Source: Psammoneis japonica (Eukaryota). Taken from it: a stretch of DNA of 64,000 bases. The stretch is from contig QPGO01000196.1 in the NCBI GenBank assembly GCA_008632985.1, positions 1 to 64,000 on the forward strand, given 5' to 3'. Of the stretch, positions 11,844 through 22,500 are shown piece by piece (position 1 is the stretch's first letter; every line of letters starts with the position of its first letter). The notes beneath the pieces were generated by a model, which made no database searches, was not told the origin of the DNA, and saw only the letters and a list, made by a program, of their open reading frames with translations. A program made the position numbers and the translations under genes.

Positions 11844-12336
11844 TGCAGTGTGCCTCGCTACTGGACAACACGGTGAGACCGTGCATAAGCCTCTTGTACG
11901 TGGCAACGTAGTGTTGTTAACACGTACCTGGGAAGCACGACCACAGGAGGGCGTGGCTCTAGGTCTTAGGCAATTCCAGAAGGATGCTAAGAGAGCATCC
12001 GTGTGAAGCACACTAGCCCGTCGTCTGGCCCACGATGGTAGCGTGATTCCACACGATGACATCACTCGTGCATGGCGCGTGATGGCTTGATTCGCACGAT
12101 CCATAATGCGAACGCACGATCGATTTAATGCGATCCAAATGCGAACGAATAGGGATTTGGCAAGATTCCCCATTTGCACGATCCCATTTTCTCTACTCTA
12201 AACTAGCTCATAATTTTCACAACGACAAAGTCGTAACACATCTTCTTTTTCAGCGCCTAGCACATGCATAGGGCACAGTAACATTACTCCCGCATATTGT
12301 GCGAGGTAACGAAATCTACAGAAACGAAACTACGAA

Positions 12337-13413
12337 ATGTTGGTAGGACCGACGAATCTCAAAACGACCATGAAGAAGCGGATTAAGCTGCCGATTCCGT
12401 TCGCACGGCCAGAGAAGAAAGAGCTGCAGCAGGGTGAGCACCAGACGTTCAAGCTACGTAACAACCCTGCTGATCCGGATAGTCCAACGCACGAGATGGG
12501 CATCCCGCACCTTTCTACGGCTACATGCGAGACACTCCTAATCTTTCTACGCAACGTGGATCGCGTGCACGAAGGACAAAACATCACGACCGGGCCAGCG
12601 AAATTTGCCCTTATGCGTGACTTACTACAGGGCCATGCTCTGACGTCATTTAACAATGCCGCTGACAAGCAGGCGTCCCAAACCAACGCTACGTACGCAG
12701 CATGCGTCGCAAAGCTAAAAGAAAGTATCTTCCCAAACAGGGCGGTACTACTGCAGAAGCGTTATCTGCGGCGCTTCATGCGCAAGCCCGCAGAGGTTTC
12801 TACTCGTGACTACGTCGCGAGGGCTGTTGAAATTAACGGCTATATCTCTCAGTTTCCACCCGTGACGGAGGATGGAGAAACACCGGCACCATTACCTAAT
12901 GACGAACTATGCGATATGTTCGAGTACGGTGTGCCGAACGCATGGCAGAAGTTCATGACGCTACAGAATTTTGACCCGTTGGCGCATACTGTCGCCGAAT
13001 TTGTACAGTTCTGCGAGCGCATCGAGCAGGTCGAGCTTACCGAAGGTAACCAGGACCAACACACCAAGGTTCCACGTAAGCGGGGACGTAGAATGGACAA
13101 TCCTGAGTCGTTGATCACGACCCAGCGGAACACCCAGAAGTCATGTATGCTACACGGGACTAACTGTGGACATGATACGGAAGATTGCCGTCAGCTCAAG
13201 CACCACGTGAAACGTGTCAAGACTGGACATTCCAATGACGGAGGCGGCAAGCCTAATACAAAACCTCGGAATGAGGAAGACACTAATACTCTCATCGGAT
13301 CGAAGGTCGAGGAGCACTTTGCCAACGCTCAGAAAAAGCGCAAGGCCCGCAAGGAGGAGCTTAATCACTTCCGCGACCTCAACTTAAGTGATTCCGAAGA
13401 TTCGGACGCCTGA
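12337..13413 (+). CDS. gag: Gypsy-A Gag (A2)
   Basis: 358-aa ORF ending in TGA, in frame with pol. Confidence 0.9.
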   Translation: MLVGPTNLKTTMKKRIKLPIPFARPEKKELQQGEHQTFKLRNNPADPDSPTHEMGIPHLSTATCETLLIFLRNVDRVHEGQNITTGPAKFALMRDLLQGHALTSFNNAADKQASQTNATYAACVAKLKESIFPNRAVLLQKRYLRRFMRKPAEVSTRDYVARAVEINGYISQFPPVTEDGETPAPLPNDELCDMFEYGVPNAWQKFMTLQNFDPLAHTVAEFVQFCERIEQVELTEGNQDQHTKVPRKRGRRMDNPESLITTQRNTQKSCMLHGTNCGHDTEDCRQLKHHVKRVKTGHSNDGGGKPNTKPRNEEDTNTLIGSKVEEHFANAQKKRKARKEELNHFRDLNLSDSEDSDA

Positions 13414-16400
13414 GAAGGGGGCCGACACGATGCAGGTAGTTTTAATGCATTAGATGAATGTATAAATGAACAACTGAATTACCATCGTACACGTGTTGTA
13501 GGCCAATCCCGTAAACGAGTTAAAAAGACTCATCTTACTCCAATCTTGTTTGTGGCTATGAATGCTAAACATGGCAAGGGCAAGACTCAAACTGTTAAGG
13601 CACTACTAGATAGTGGCGCTAGCAGCACTCTACTCGACAGTCGATACTGTAAACGTCTGCGAAGCCATTCAACGGCTGAGACAAACTGGACTACGGTGGC
13701 AGGCTCGTTTGGTACGTCTAACGACTGTACCGTTAAATTTTGGTTACCAGAATTATCCGAAACTGCAGAACTTAAGCATGCCGTCCACGTACACAACGGA
13801 AAGTTGGGCAAGTACGATATGATTATTGGACGTGACATTCTGGAGACACAAGGCATTGACATTGTCTTCTCTAAACAGATGATAGAGTGGCCATTAGTCA
13901 ATGGAGAAGTGCCAATGAGGCACGTAGATGCTACGGTGGAAACCTCCTTCTATCTTCAAGATCCAGAAGCCTTGTCTTCAGAAACCGACCGGATTTCGCG
14001 TATTTTAGACGCTAAGTACGCGCCGGCCTGCCTCGAGGACATAACGCGAGTGGCAACAGGACTTTCTACAGTTCCATAAAACGACCTTTTGGCACTATTG
14101 AAACGCCACGAGTCCTTATTTGATGGGACATTAGGAGAATGGAAGGGAGAACCCTACCATATCCAACTCAAGGAGGGTGTAGAACCATGCCACGCTCGTC
14201 CGTATAAAGTACCTCGTGCGTACGAAGCTACGCTACGTAAGGAAGTAGAGCGCCCAGTGCGTATCGGTGTTCTCAAACGCGTTAACCGATCCCAATGGGC
14301 AGCTCCATCATTTATCATACCGAAGAAAGATTTAACGGTACGCTTTATTAACGATTTCAGAGAGCTGAATAAACGGATTAAGCGATTGCCTTATCCGATT
14401 CCTCATATCCAAGATATGCTACTTAAGCTTGAAGGCTTTATGTGGGCTACATCGCTGGATTTAAACATGGGCTATTATCACATCTGATTGGATACTGATA
14501 GCAAGAAGCTCTGCACGCTCATCTTCCCGTGGGGCAAGCATGAGATGCAGGTATTGCCCATGGGATTATGTAATTCGCCAGACATTTTCCAAGAACGCAT
14601 GTCAGGCTTATTTGAAGATCTATCGTTCGTTCGAACGTACTTAGATGACCTTCTCGTCGTGACGAAAGGCACCTATGAAGATCACCTCAACAAACTTGAA
14701 GAAGTTTTATTGAGGGTCCAGAAAGCAGGACTAAAAGTTAACGCAACTAAATCTCACTTCTGTCAAACCCAATTAGAACACTTGGGTTATTTGGCTCCGC
14801 CAACACGACTCGTAAGCGAGACTGTTAAGTGGGAGTGGACGTCCGTTGAAGACGAGGCGTTCGAAACCGTTAAATGGGTAATATCGGATGATGTTTTATT
14901 ATCACATCCTGATTTTAATAAACCCTTTGAGATACATGCCGATGCCTCTAAACATCAATTGGGAGCAGTTGCATTCCAAGATAATAAACCTATCGCCTTT
15001 TACAGCAGAAAGCTTAATAGTGCGCAATTAAATTATACAACAACGGAGAGAGAATTACTCGCCATTGTGGAGACGTTGAAAGAATTTCGAACGATTCTCC
15101 TTGGTCATCGTATAATCATATGTGCTGATCATAAAAATCTTACGTACAAAGCACTCAATACCGAGCGCGTTATGCGCTGGCGGTTAACATGCGAAGAATA
15201 CGGTCCCGAATTACGCTATGTTAAGGGTACCCATAACCTAGTCGCTGACGCTCTTAGTCACCTTCGACTAGCACCCAGCTTGCCTTCCGAGGCCAATCCG
15301 GATGTAAAAGACACTCCATCGAGTCGTCCTTTGCATGAAGCCTTTAATGCAGACGCTCAAGATGAGCTATCTCTGCCTGTTAGCTTCAAGCGCATTCAAA
15401 AAGCACAACAAAAGGACAAGCGCCTACTCTCAAGAGCTAAGGACTCGTCCGACTACTCCATTCGCGCGTGTCGTGGGGGAGGGTCATCACGACAGTTAAT
15501 CTGTCATAAGGACAAAATCGTAGTACCACAGTCATTGCAGGTTCCGCTAACTGAATGGCACCACGAGACACTGTGTCATCCAGGTGAGACACGTACGGAA
15601 ATATCTATTGCCCAGCACTTCTATTGGCCTAGTATGAGGTCTACGGTGCATTCTACGTGCGTTAAGTGCGATCGATGCCAGAAGACAAAACGCCGAACGC
15701 AGCGTTATGGGAAGCTACCAGAAAAGGTCGCAGAGATAATTCCATGGGAAACTCCATGCATAGATGTGACAGGGCCATATAAAATTCAAAGACGCGGAAA
15801 GGACACCTTGCAATTGTGGGCAGTCACAATGATTGACCCAGCAACCGGGTGGTTCGAGATTAAAGAAGTGTCTATGAAACGCGCAGACGTCGTAGCAAAC
15901 GTCGTGGAACAAACATGGCCATGCAGACATCCGTGGCCAACCCAGGTGGTTTATGACCGTGGGACAGAATTTATGGCAGAATTTAGCCAGATGATTAAAA
16001 ATGACTATGGGATTTTGAAGAAACCCATAAGTAAACGGAATCCACAGGCAAATGCCATAGTGGAACGTGTGCACCAGACACTTGGTAACATGGTACGTTC
16101 CTTTTCAGTACAGGATATGGAACTGGACGAAGATGACCCATGGAGTGGCATCCTCTCCGCAGTAGCCTTCGCTATTAGAGCTACGGCACACACGACCACG
16201 CGTGCAAGTCCCATGCAATTGGTCTTCGGACGCGATGCGGTTTTATCTATTGCCCATCGTGCTAAGTGGAAGTACATAGAAACCAGAAAGCAGAAGCTCA
16301 TCCACTTAAACAACAAGCGTGAAAATCAGAAACGCAAGGAGCATCAATATACCGTAGGGCAGTTGGTGCTTATCAAACAGGAACAATCCTCTAAATACGG

Positions 16401-16596
16401 TTCTGACAGCTATGCAGGACCCGCCAGAGTTGTCCGTGTATATGACAACGGCACGTTGCGTATCCAGAACGGAGCGCTGATAGATGCGTATAATCTACGG
16501 CAGATTGTACCCTATCACCAGCAAGACATTCTGTCACTTAACGGCCCTGATCATGGGGGAGTGTGCAGTATGCCTCGCTACTGGACAACACGGTGA
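13414..16596 (+). pseudogene. pol: Gypsy-A A2 pol (PR-RT-RH-IN)
   Basis: Same frame as gag. Nonsense stops at 14077-14079 and 14485-14487; in-frame 147-bp (49-aa) deletion at ~14790 relative to A1 and A3. Motifs LLDSGAS, YLDD, YDRGTEF, NAIVERVHQ. Confidence 0.93.
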
Positions 16597-16999
16597 GACC
16601 GTGCATAAGCCTCTTGTACGTGGCAACGTAGTATTGTTAACACGTACCTGGGAAGCACGACCACAGGAGGGCGTGGCTCTAGGTCTTAGGCAATTCCAGA
16701 AGGATGCTAAGAGAGCATCCGTGTGAAGCACACTAGCCCGTCGTCTGGCCCACGATGGTAGCGTGATTCCACACAATGACATCACTCGTGCATGGCGCGT
16801 GATGGCTTGATTCGCACGATCCATAATGCGAACGCACGATCGATTTAATACGATCCAAATGCGAACGAATAGGGATTTGGCAAGATTCCCTATTCGCACG
16901 ATCCCATTTTCTCTACTCTAAACTAGCTCATAATTTTCACAACGACAAAGTCGTAACACATCTTCTTTTTCAGCGCCTAGTACATACATAGGGCACGTG

Positions 17000-18021
17000 G
17001 CCAACCCAGGTGGTTTATGACCGTGGGACAGAATTTATGGCAGAATTTAGCCAGATGATTAAAAATGACTGTGGGATTTTGAAGAAACCCACAAGTAAGC
17101 GGAATCCACAGGCGAATGCCACAGTGGAACGTGTGCACCAGACACTTGGTAACATGGTACGTTCCTTTTCAGTACAGGATATGGAACTGGACGAAGATGA
17201 CCCATGGAGTGGCATCCTCTCCGCAGTAGCCTTCGCTATTAGAGCTACGGCACATACGACCACGCGTGCAAGTCCCATGCAATTGGTCTTCGGACGCGAT
17301 GCGGTTTTATCCATTGCCCATCGTGCTAAGTGGAAGTACATAGAAACCAGAAAACAGAAGCTTATCCACTTAAATAACAAGCATGAAAATCAGAAACGCA
17401 AGGAGTGCCAATGTGCCGTAGGGCAATTGGCACTTATCAAACAGGAACAATCCTCTAAATACGGTTCTGACAGCTGTGCAGGACCCGCCAGAGTTGTCCG
17501 TGTATATGACAACGGCACGTTGCGTATCCAGAACGGAGCGCTGATAGACACATGCAGACGCGTTCCAGCCCTAGGTGGGACTCCGTGTGACATTGGGCCC
17601 GTAGAATTCTACGTGCGAGCTCCGTAGTACGAGAATTTAATTAATGGATATATTTATCTTCAACATCAAATAAACGGCCAAGTTTGTGGTACAATTATGC
17701 CTCTCACCACTCGACGTTTTTGCAAATGCACCTGCCCTACGCGATTCTTAAGACATTGTAGAATCGCGCTGTAACAAAAAATGTCAAAAGTTGTTGGACG
17801 GATCGCTCAATAAGTGTACCGTAAAATGACACAAAATATCAAAAAAATCACGTAGAAATCTACGTGCGCGACATACGACGTGATTCAAAAAACTATCGAT
17901 GTCACAGTTCAGTAGCACGAGGTCCCACCTAGACCTGGAACGCGTCTACAATCTACGGCAGATTGTACCCTATCACCAGCAAGACATCCTGTCACTTAAC
18001 GGCCCTGATCATGGGGGAGTG
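17000..18021 (+). pseudogene. pol: Gypsy-A A1 pol, part 3 (integrase core and C-terminus), split by a TIR element
   Basis: YDRGTEF...NATVERVHQ...AGPARVV; continues the sequence cut at 11843. Confidence 0.9.
17557..17946. mobile_element. Non-autonomous TIR element with inferred TATA TSD, 390 bp
   Basis: 31-bp imperfect TIR starting gacgcgttccag..ctaggtgggac. The empty site in A3 is cacgTATAatc; flanks here read TGCA (17553-17556) and TACA (17947-17950). Confidence 0.85.
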
Positions 18022-18474
18022 TGCAGCATGCCTCGCTGCTGGACAACACGGCGAGACCGTGCATAAGCCTCTTGTACGTGGCAACGTAGTGTTGTTAACG
18101 CGTACCTGGGAAGCATGACCACAGGAGGGCGTGGCTCTAGGTCTTAGGCAATTCCAGAAGGATGCTAAGAGAGCATCCGTGTGAAGCACACTAGCCCGTC
18201 GTCTGGCCCACGATGGTAGCGTGATTCCACACGATGACATCACTCGTGCACAGCGCGTGATGGCTTGATTCGCACGACCCATAATGCGAACGCACGATCG
18301 ATTTGATACGATCCAAATGCGAATGAACAGGGATTTGGCAAGATTCCCTATTCGCACGATCCCACTTTTTCTACTCTAAACTAGCTCATAATTTTCACAA
18401 TGACAAAGTCGTAACACATCTTCTTTTCAGCGCCTAGCACATACATAGGGCACACTACCATGTCGGCCGACTCC

Positions 18475-19560
18475 TCAGATACGCTTTGCTTTCATGTCAT
18501 CGGTGTCAGCATCTGAATCCTCAGACAGGGATAAAGTTTCGAAGGTGTTGAGCTCTTCGTCGATCTTCGCGTCCTCCTGGGCCTTACATTTTAACGCAGT
18601 ATCGACGGCCTTATCAACGATGATGTTGATTTCCTCTTTACGTGCGTCATCGTTACACTTGCGCGTTTCCTTGTAGTCTTTCTTATAACGGCCATCTGAC
18701 GTCGTCTTAAGCCTCTTGATCTGACGCTGCAATTCCCAGCAGCCATCAGTGCTGTGGCTACATACGCCGTGCAGCATACACACGCCACCGCGCTTTCCGT
18801 TGGACATCACGGTTCGCTTTCCCGCGGCCAACATCAATTCACGGGATTGAGCGCGCTTACGACTCCGCCTTTTCCGCAGCATCGAGTCGGATGTGGACGT
18901 CATCGGATCGTCAGAGGCAGCAGTCTTCTCAGACGCTTCTGCTTCCTTGACGCATTCACAAAACGTGACGAGTTCGGCAATGGTGTGAGCCAAGGGGTTC
19001 CATCCCTGGATTTTCATCTCTTGTTGCCAGACACGAGGAACACCAAACTCTATCAGATCAATCAACTCATCATCTGACAGAGGTTGTGGTGCTGGTCCAC
19101 CATCTTCCAGAGGTGGAAATTTTGGAATGTACGCGTTCATTTCCACAACGCGAGCAACATACTCACGAATTTTGGCTGTCAACGGCTTTCGCATGAAATG
19201 CCTTAAGTAGCGCTTCTGAGCCAGTACAGCCCTTTCTGGAAAAATGCTTTTAACAACGGCAGCTACACAACGTGTAAAAGTCACCAGCGTTTCCGCGTGC
19301 TGTGTGGCCGCTGCATTTTCAAAGGCAGTAAGGGCTTCGCCTTCCAACAGCCTTCGCATAAGTAGGAACTTTCCGGGTCCTGTCGTAATGCCTTGACCGA
19401 GACATATACGGTCAAAATCCTTTAAGAAAAGGAGTAACTCCTCAGGCGACTGCGATGAGAAGTAGGCAACATTTAGTTCATACGTAGGACTGTCCGGATC
19501 ATTCGGATTCATACGGAGCTTATAGGTTTGCTTCTCATTCTCCTTAAGCTCACATTTCCA
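18475..19560 (-). CDS. gag: Gypsy-B Gag, N-terminus cut by a Gypsy-C LTR
   Basis: Clear homolog of Gypsy-A Gag (TYKLRMNPNDPDSPTYE, TTGPGKFLLMRRLLEGEAL, CMLHGVCSHSTDGC). Confidence 0.88.
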   Translation of the reverse strand, partial: WKCELKENEKQTYKLRMNPNDPDSPTYELNVAYFSSQSPEELLLFLKDFDRICLGQGITTGPGKFLLMRRLLEGEALTAFENAAATQHAETLVTFTRCVAAVVKSIFPERAVLAQKRYLRHFMRKPLTAKIREYVARVVEMNAYIPKFPPLEDGGPAPQPLSDDELIDLIEFGVPRVWQQEMKIQGWNPLAHTIAELVTFCECVKEAEASEKTAASDDPMTSTSDSMLRKRRSRKRAQSRELMLAAGKRTVMSNGKRGGVCMLHGVCSHSTDGCWELQRQIKRLKTTSDGRYKKDYKETRKCNDDARKEEINIIVDKAVDTALKCKAQEDAKIDEELNTFETLSLSEDSDADTDDMKAKRI

Positions 19561-19561
19561 T

Positions 19562-22500
19562 TGCAACACATGCTGTGATGTACATTTTGTGTGTGTGTGG
19601 TGTGTACACACATGCTTAAATGTTATTTTATGTTCAATCGTACGTCAATCGTGGGTTCGTATGAAGGACAGATCAGTCACACAGAATTGATCGGATGTCG
19701 GAAATCGCAAAACCGATCGCTTGACGATGTTGACATCTTGTGTGTCAATGGCAATCGTATCCAGACAATCTGTTGTCTCACGAATACATTCTCCGAAAGG
19801 CCTTTGGTCTGTAGGAGCAGTACAGAAGCTTTAGGCCATTGAGAACTCGTTCGGAGAATCCCAAAATGATTGAGTAAAATCTAATCTCATAATTTTCACT
19901 TTTTGTACTTTATTCTACTTTCGTTTGTGCTCGTTCTTCGAGCATAGTGCATTGTGCACACACACCACAGAAGGTAAAAGAAACAAAAATGAAGCTTTTG
20001 CCCCATGTTGCCAACTCCAAGTCTTTCTTAAGGCAGGAGAAAATTGTTCCTCAACCGTTGGATTTGATCTCCGAGCCAAACACGCTCAAACCGAGCCAAT
20101 GCCTCAAGATGGAGCAGTGCACTGTGCTCGAAGAACTGGCATAAACGAAAGTAGAATCAAGTATGAAAAGTGAAAATTATGAGAATTATTTCTATCCAAT
20201 CATTTTGGATTTCTCCGAACAAGTTCTCAATGGCCTAAAGCGTTTGTGCTGTTTCTACAGACAAGAGGCCTTACGGAGAATAAGATCGTGACAACAGATT
20301 GTCCGGATACGATTGACATTGACACACAAGATGTCAACATCATCGTATGATCGTATTTGCCATTTTCGACATCCGATCAATTCTGTGTGATTGATCTGTC
20401 CTTCGTACGAACCCACGATTGACGTACAAATTTATTTAATATCTTTATATATACATATATAATGTACATAACAACGCATGTTGCGTTCGCCTCCCTAATT
20501 GCACATTAGAGTCAGTCGTTAAACGGCATAATTCGACGAATTTAGACAGTGTCAAGAACGTCACCGCGTTTGATCTGTACTGTGCTGTTAGCATGTACCG
20601 TTGTTATTACATACGGTCCAACATAGGGCTGTTCTAGTTTCTGCGAGTCTTTCTCGAGCAGTGTCTTTTCTCCTGTGCTGCACGTGTGAGGAGTACGTTG
20701 AGCATTCTCTCGAGTGTTGTTTTTATTTATAATTTTGTGTTTTCGCTGCTGGATGAATTTCCAGTCTGCAACATGTTGGACGTTAAATATCATGTCTCTG
20801 TTAAAGACTAATTGTCCAGGTGTGTGGCTTGCGTAGTAGCATGACACGTAGAACGTACTGCAAATGCCACTGCTGATAATATTCCAGCGAAGGGATCCTC
20901 AGTATCCAGAGGTGCATGTTGCAAATCAAGTGTGTGGATCATGTTTCCCAGTGCTTGATGTGCGCGTTCAATAATTGCGTTTGCTTGTGGATTTCGTGTA
21001 GTTATGGGCTTGACTTTAATGCCATAATCATCTTGCACCATGTTCTTAAATTGGTGTCCGATGAACTCACTTCCACGATCATAAGTGATTGACGATGGCC
21101 AAGGATGTCTACTTAACCATGTCCGTTCTAACAGTCCAGCTATGGTTGTGGATTCCTTGTTTGGAATTTCCACAACTTCAAACCATCCGGTTGCTGGATC
21201 AATCCAGGACCAGGGGTTTCTTCTTTCCCTTACGACGTATTTTGTATGGTCCAATAAGATCCATGCACAGTTGTTCCCATGGCACTGATTCTGCGCACTT
21301 AGGAGGTAAATGTCCGTATTTCTTGTGTTTCTTTTTGAATTTTTGGCACGTCTCACATCTCGACACGTATTTTCGTATGTCTTCACGTAAGGTAGACCAC
21401 CATGAGTGTTGTGAGATTGTTTCTTCTGTTCGATTTATGCCAGGGTGAAGAAGGTGCGTATGATGCCAATCTATCACTGCCTTTTGTAACGTCTTTGGAA
21501 AGACGATTTTATCCTTATGACATGTGAGCAACCGGTCTCGCTCACCTCCACGAAAAGTCTTCGTATGAAATGTCTTGTTAGACAATTTGGAGAGAATGTC
21601 TTTATCCCGTTTTTGTTCAGTGTCAAGAACTTTGTAGTTTAACGGAAAGACATTGTCGTTGGATTTTGGTGGGACCTTCTCAGCTAACTCTTCTGTGCTG
21701 AGGTTTTCCATAGGTTCTTTTTTTTTCACAGTAAGTCGGCTGATCGCATCTGCGACAACATTTGCCTTGCCCTCGAGGTACATTATTTCGGGACTGTATT
21801 CTTCTGTTGTTAGACGCCAACGCATGACTCTGTCCGTTGTGAAATTTTTGTGTGTGAGATTTTTGTGGTCCATACATATATTTATCTGTTGGCCAAACAG
21901 CACATTTCGGAACTCTTTTAACATCTCCACTGTGGACAACAGTTCTTTTTCCATTGTAGTGTAACGCATCTGAGCTCCATTCAGCTTGCGGCTGTAGAAG
22001 GCAATTGGTTGGTTGTTCTGTGTGATAACCGCCCCCAATTGAGAATTACTCGCATCAGCATGTATCTCAAAGGGCACATTAAAATTCGGGTATGACAATA
22101 GTGTGTCTTTAGAGATGATGCGCTTCATATTTTCGAAGGCTTTTTGTTCTGTTTCGGTCCATTGCCACTTTACTCGGTCTGAAGTAAGTTTGGCTAAAGG
22201 AGCTAGAACATGAGATCGTCAAGGCCACATGTCTCGATAGCAGTTGATCATGCCGATGAATCGTTGCAATTCCTTACGAGTTTTAGGAGCTGCGATCGCG
22301 TGAATCGCTTCTACCTTCTTTGGAATGGGACTGATGCCATTGCGGGTGATATGAAAGCCTAGATAGTCTACTTCGGGTTTAGCAAAAAAGGACTTTTCGG
22401 CATTGACCTTCAATCCGGCTTGTTCAAGGCGTAAAAACACCGTCTCAAGCTTCTTGAGGTGGTCTTGAAAATCACCTTTTGTTGGGCACAGTGTGTCGTC

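Larger units (their letters stand above)
11844..16995 (+). mobile_element. Gypsy-A copy A2, nested in the integrase of A1
   Basis: 432-bp LTRs at 11844-12275 and 16564-16995. TSD CGTG at 11840-11843 and 16996-16999. Confidence 0.96.
1162..18452 (+). mobile_element. Gypsy-A copy A1, full span with six nested insertions
   Basis: 5' LTR 1162-2268 (split by a TIR element) and 3' LTR 18022-18452 share diagnostic variants (acgcgtacc, gatttgatac, cccactttttct). TSD CACT at 1158-1161 and 18453-18456. PPT-like catgggggagtg precedes the 3' LTR. Confidence 0.95.
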
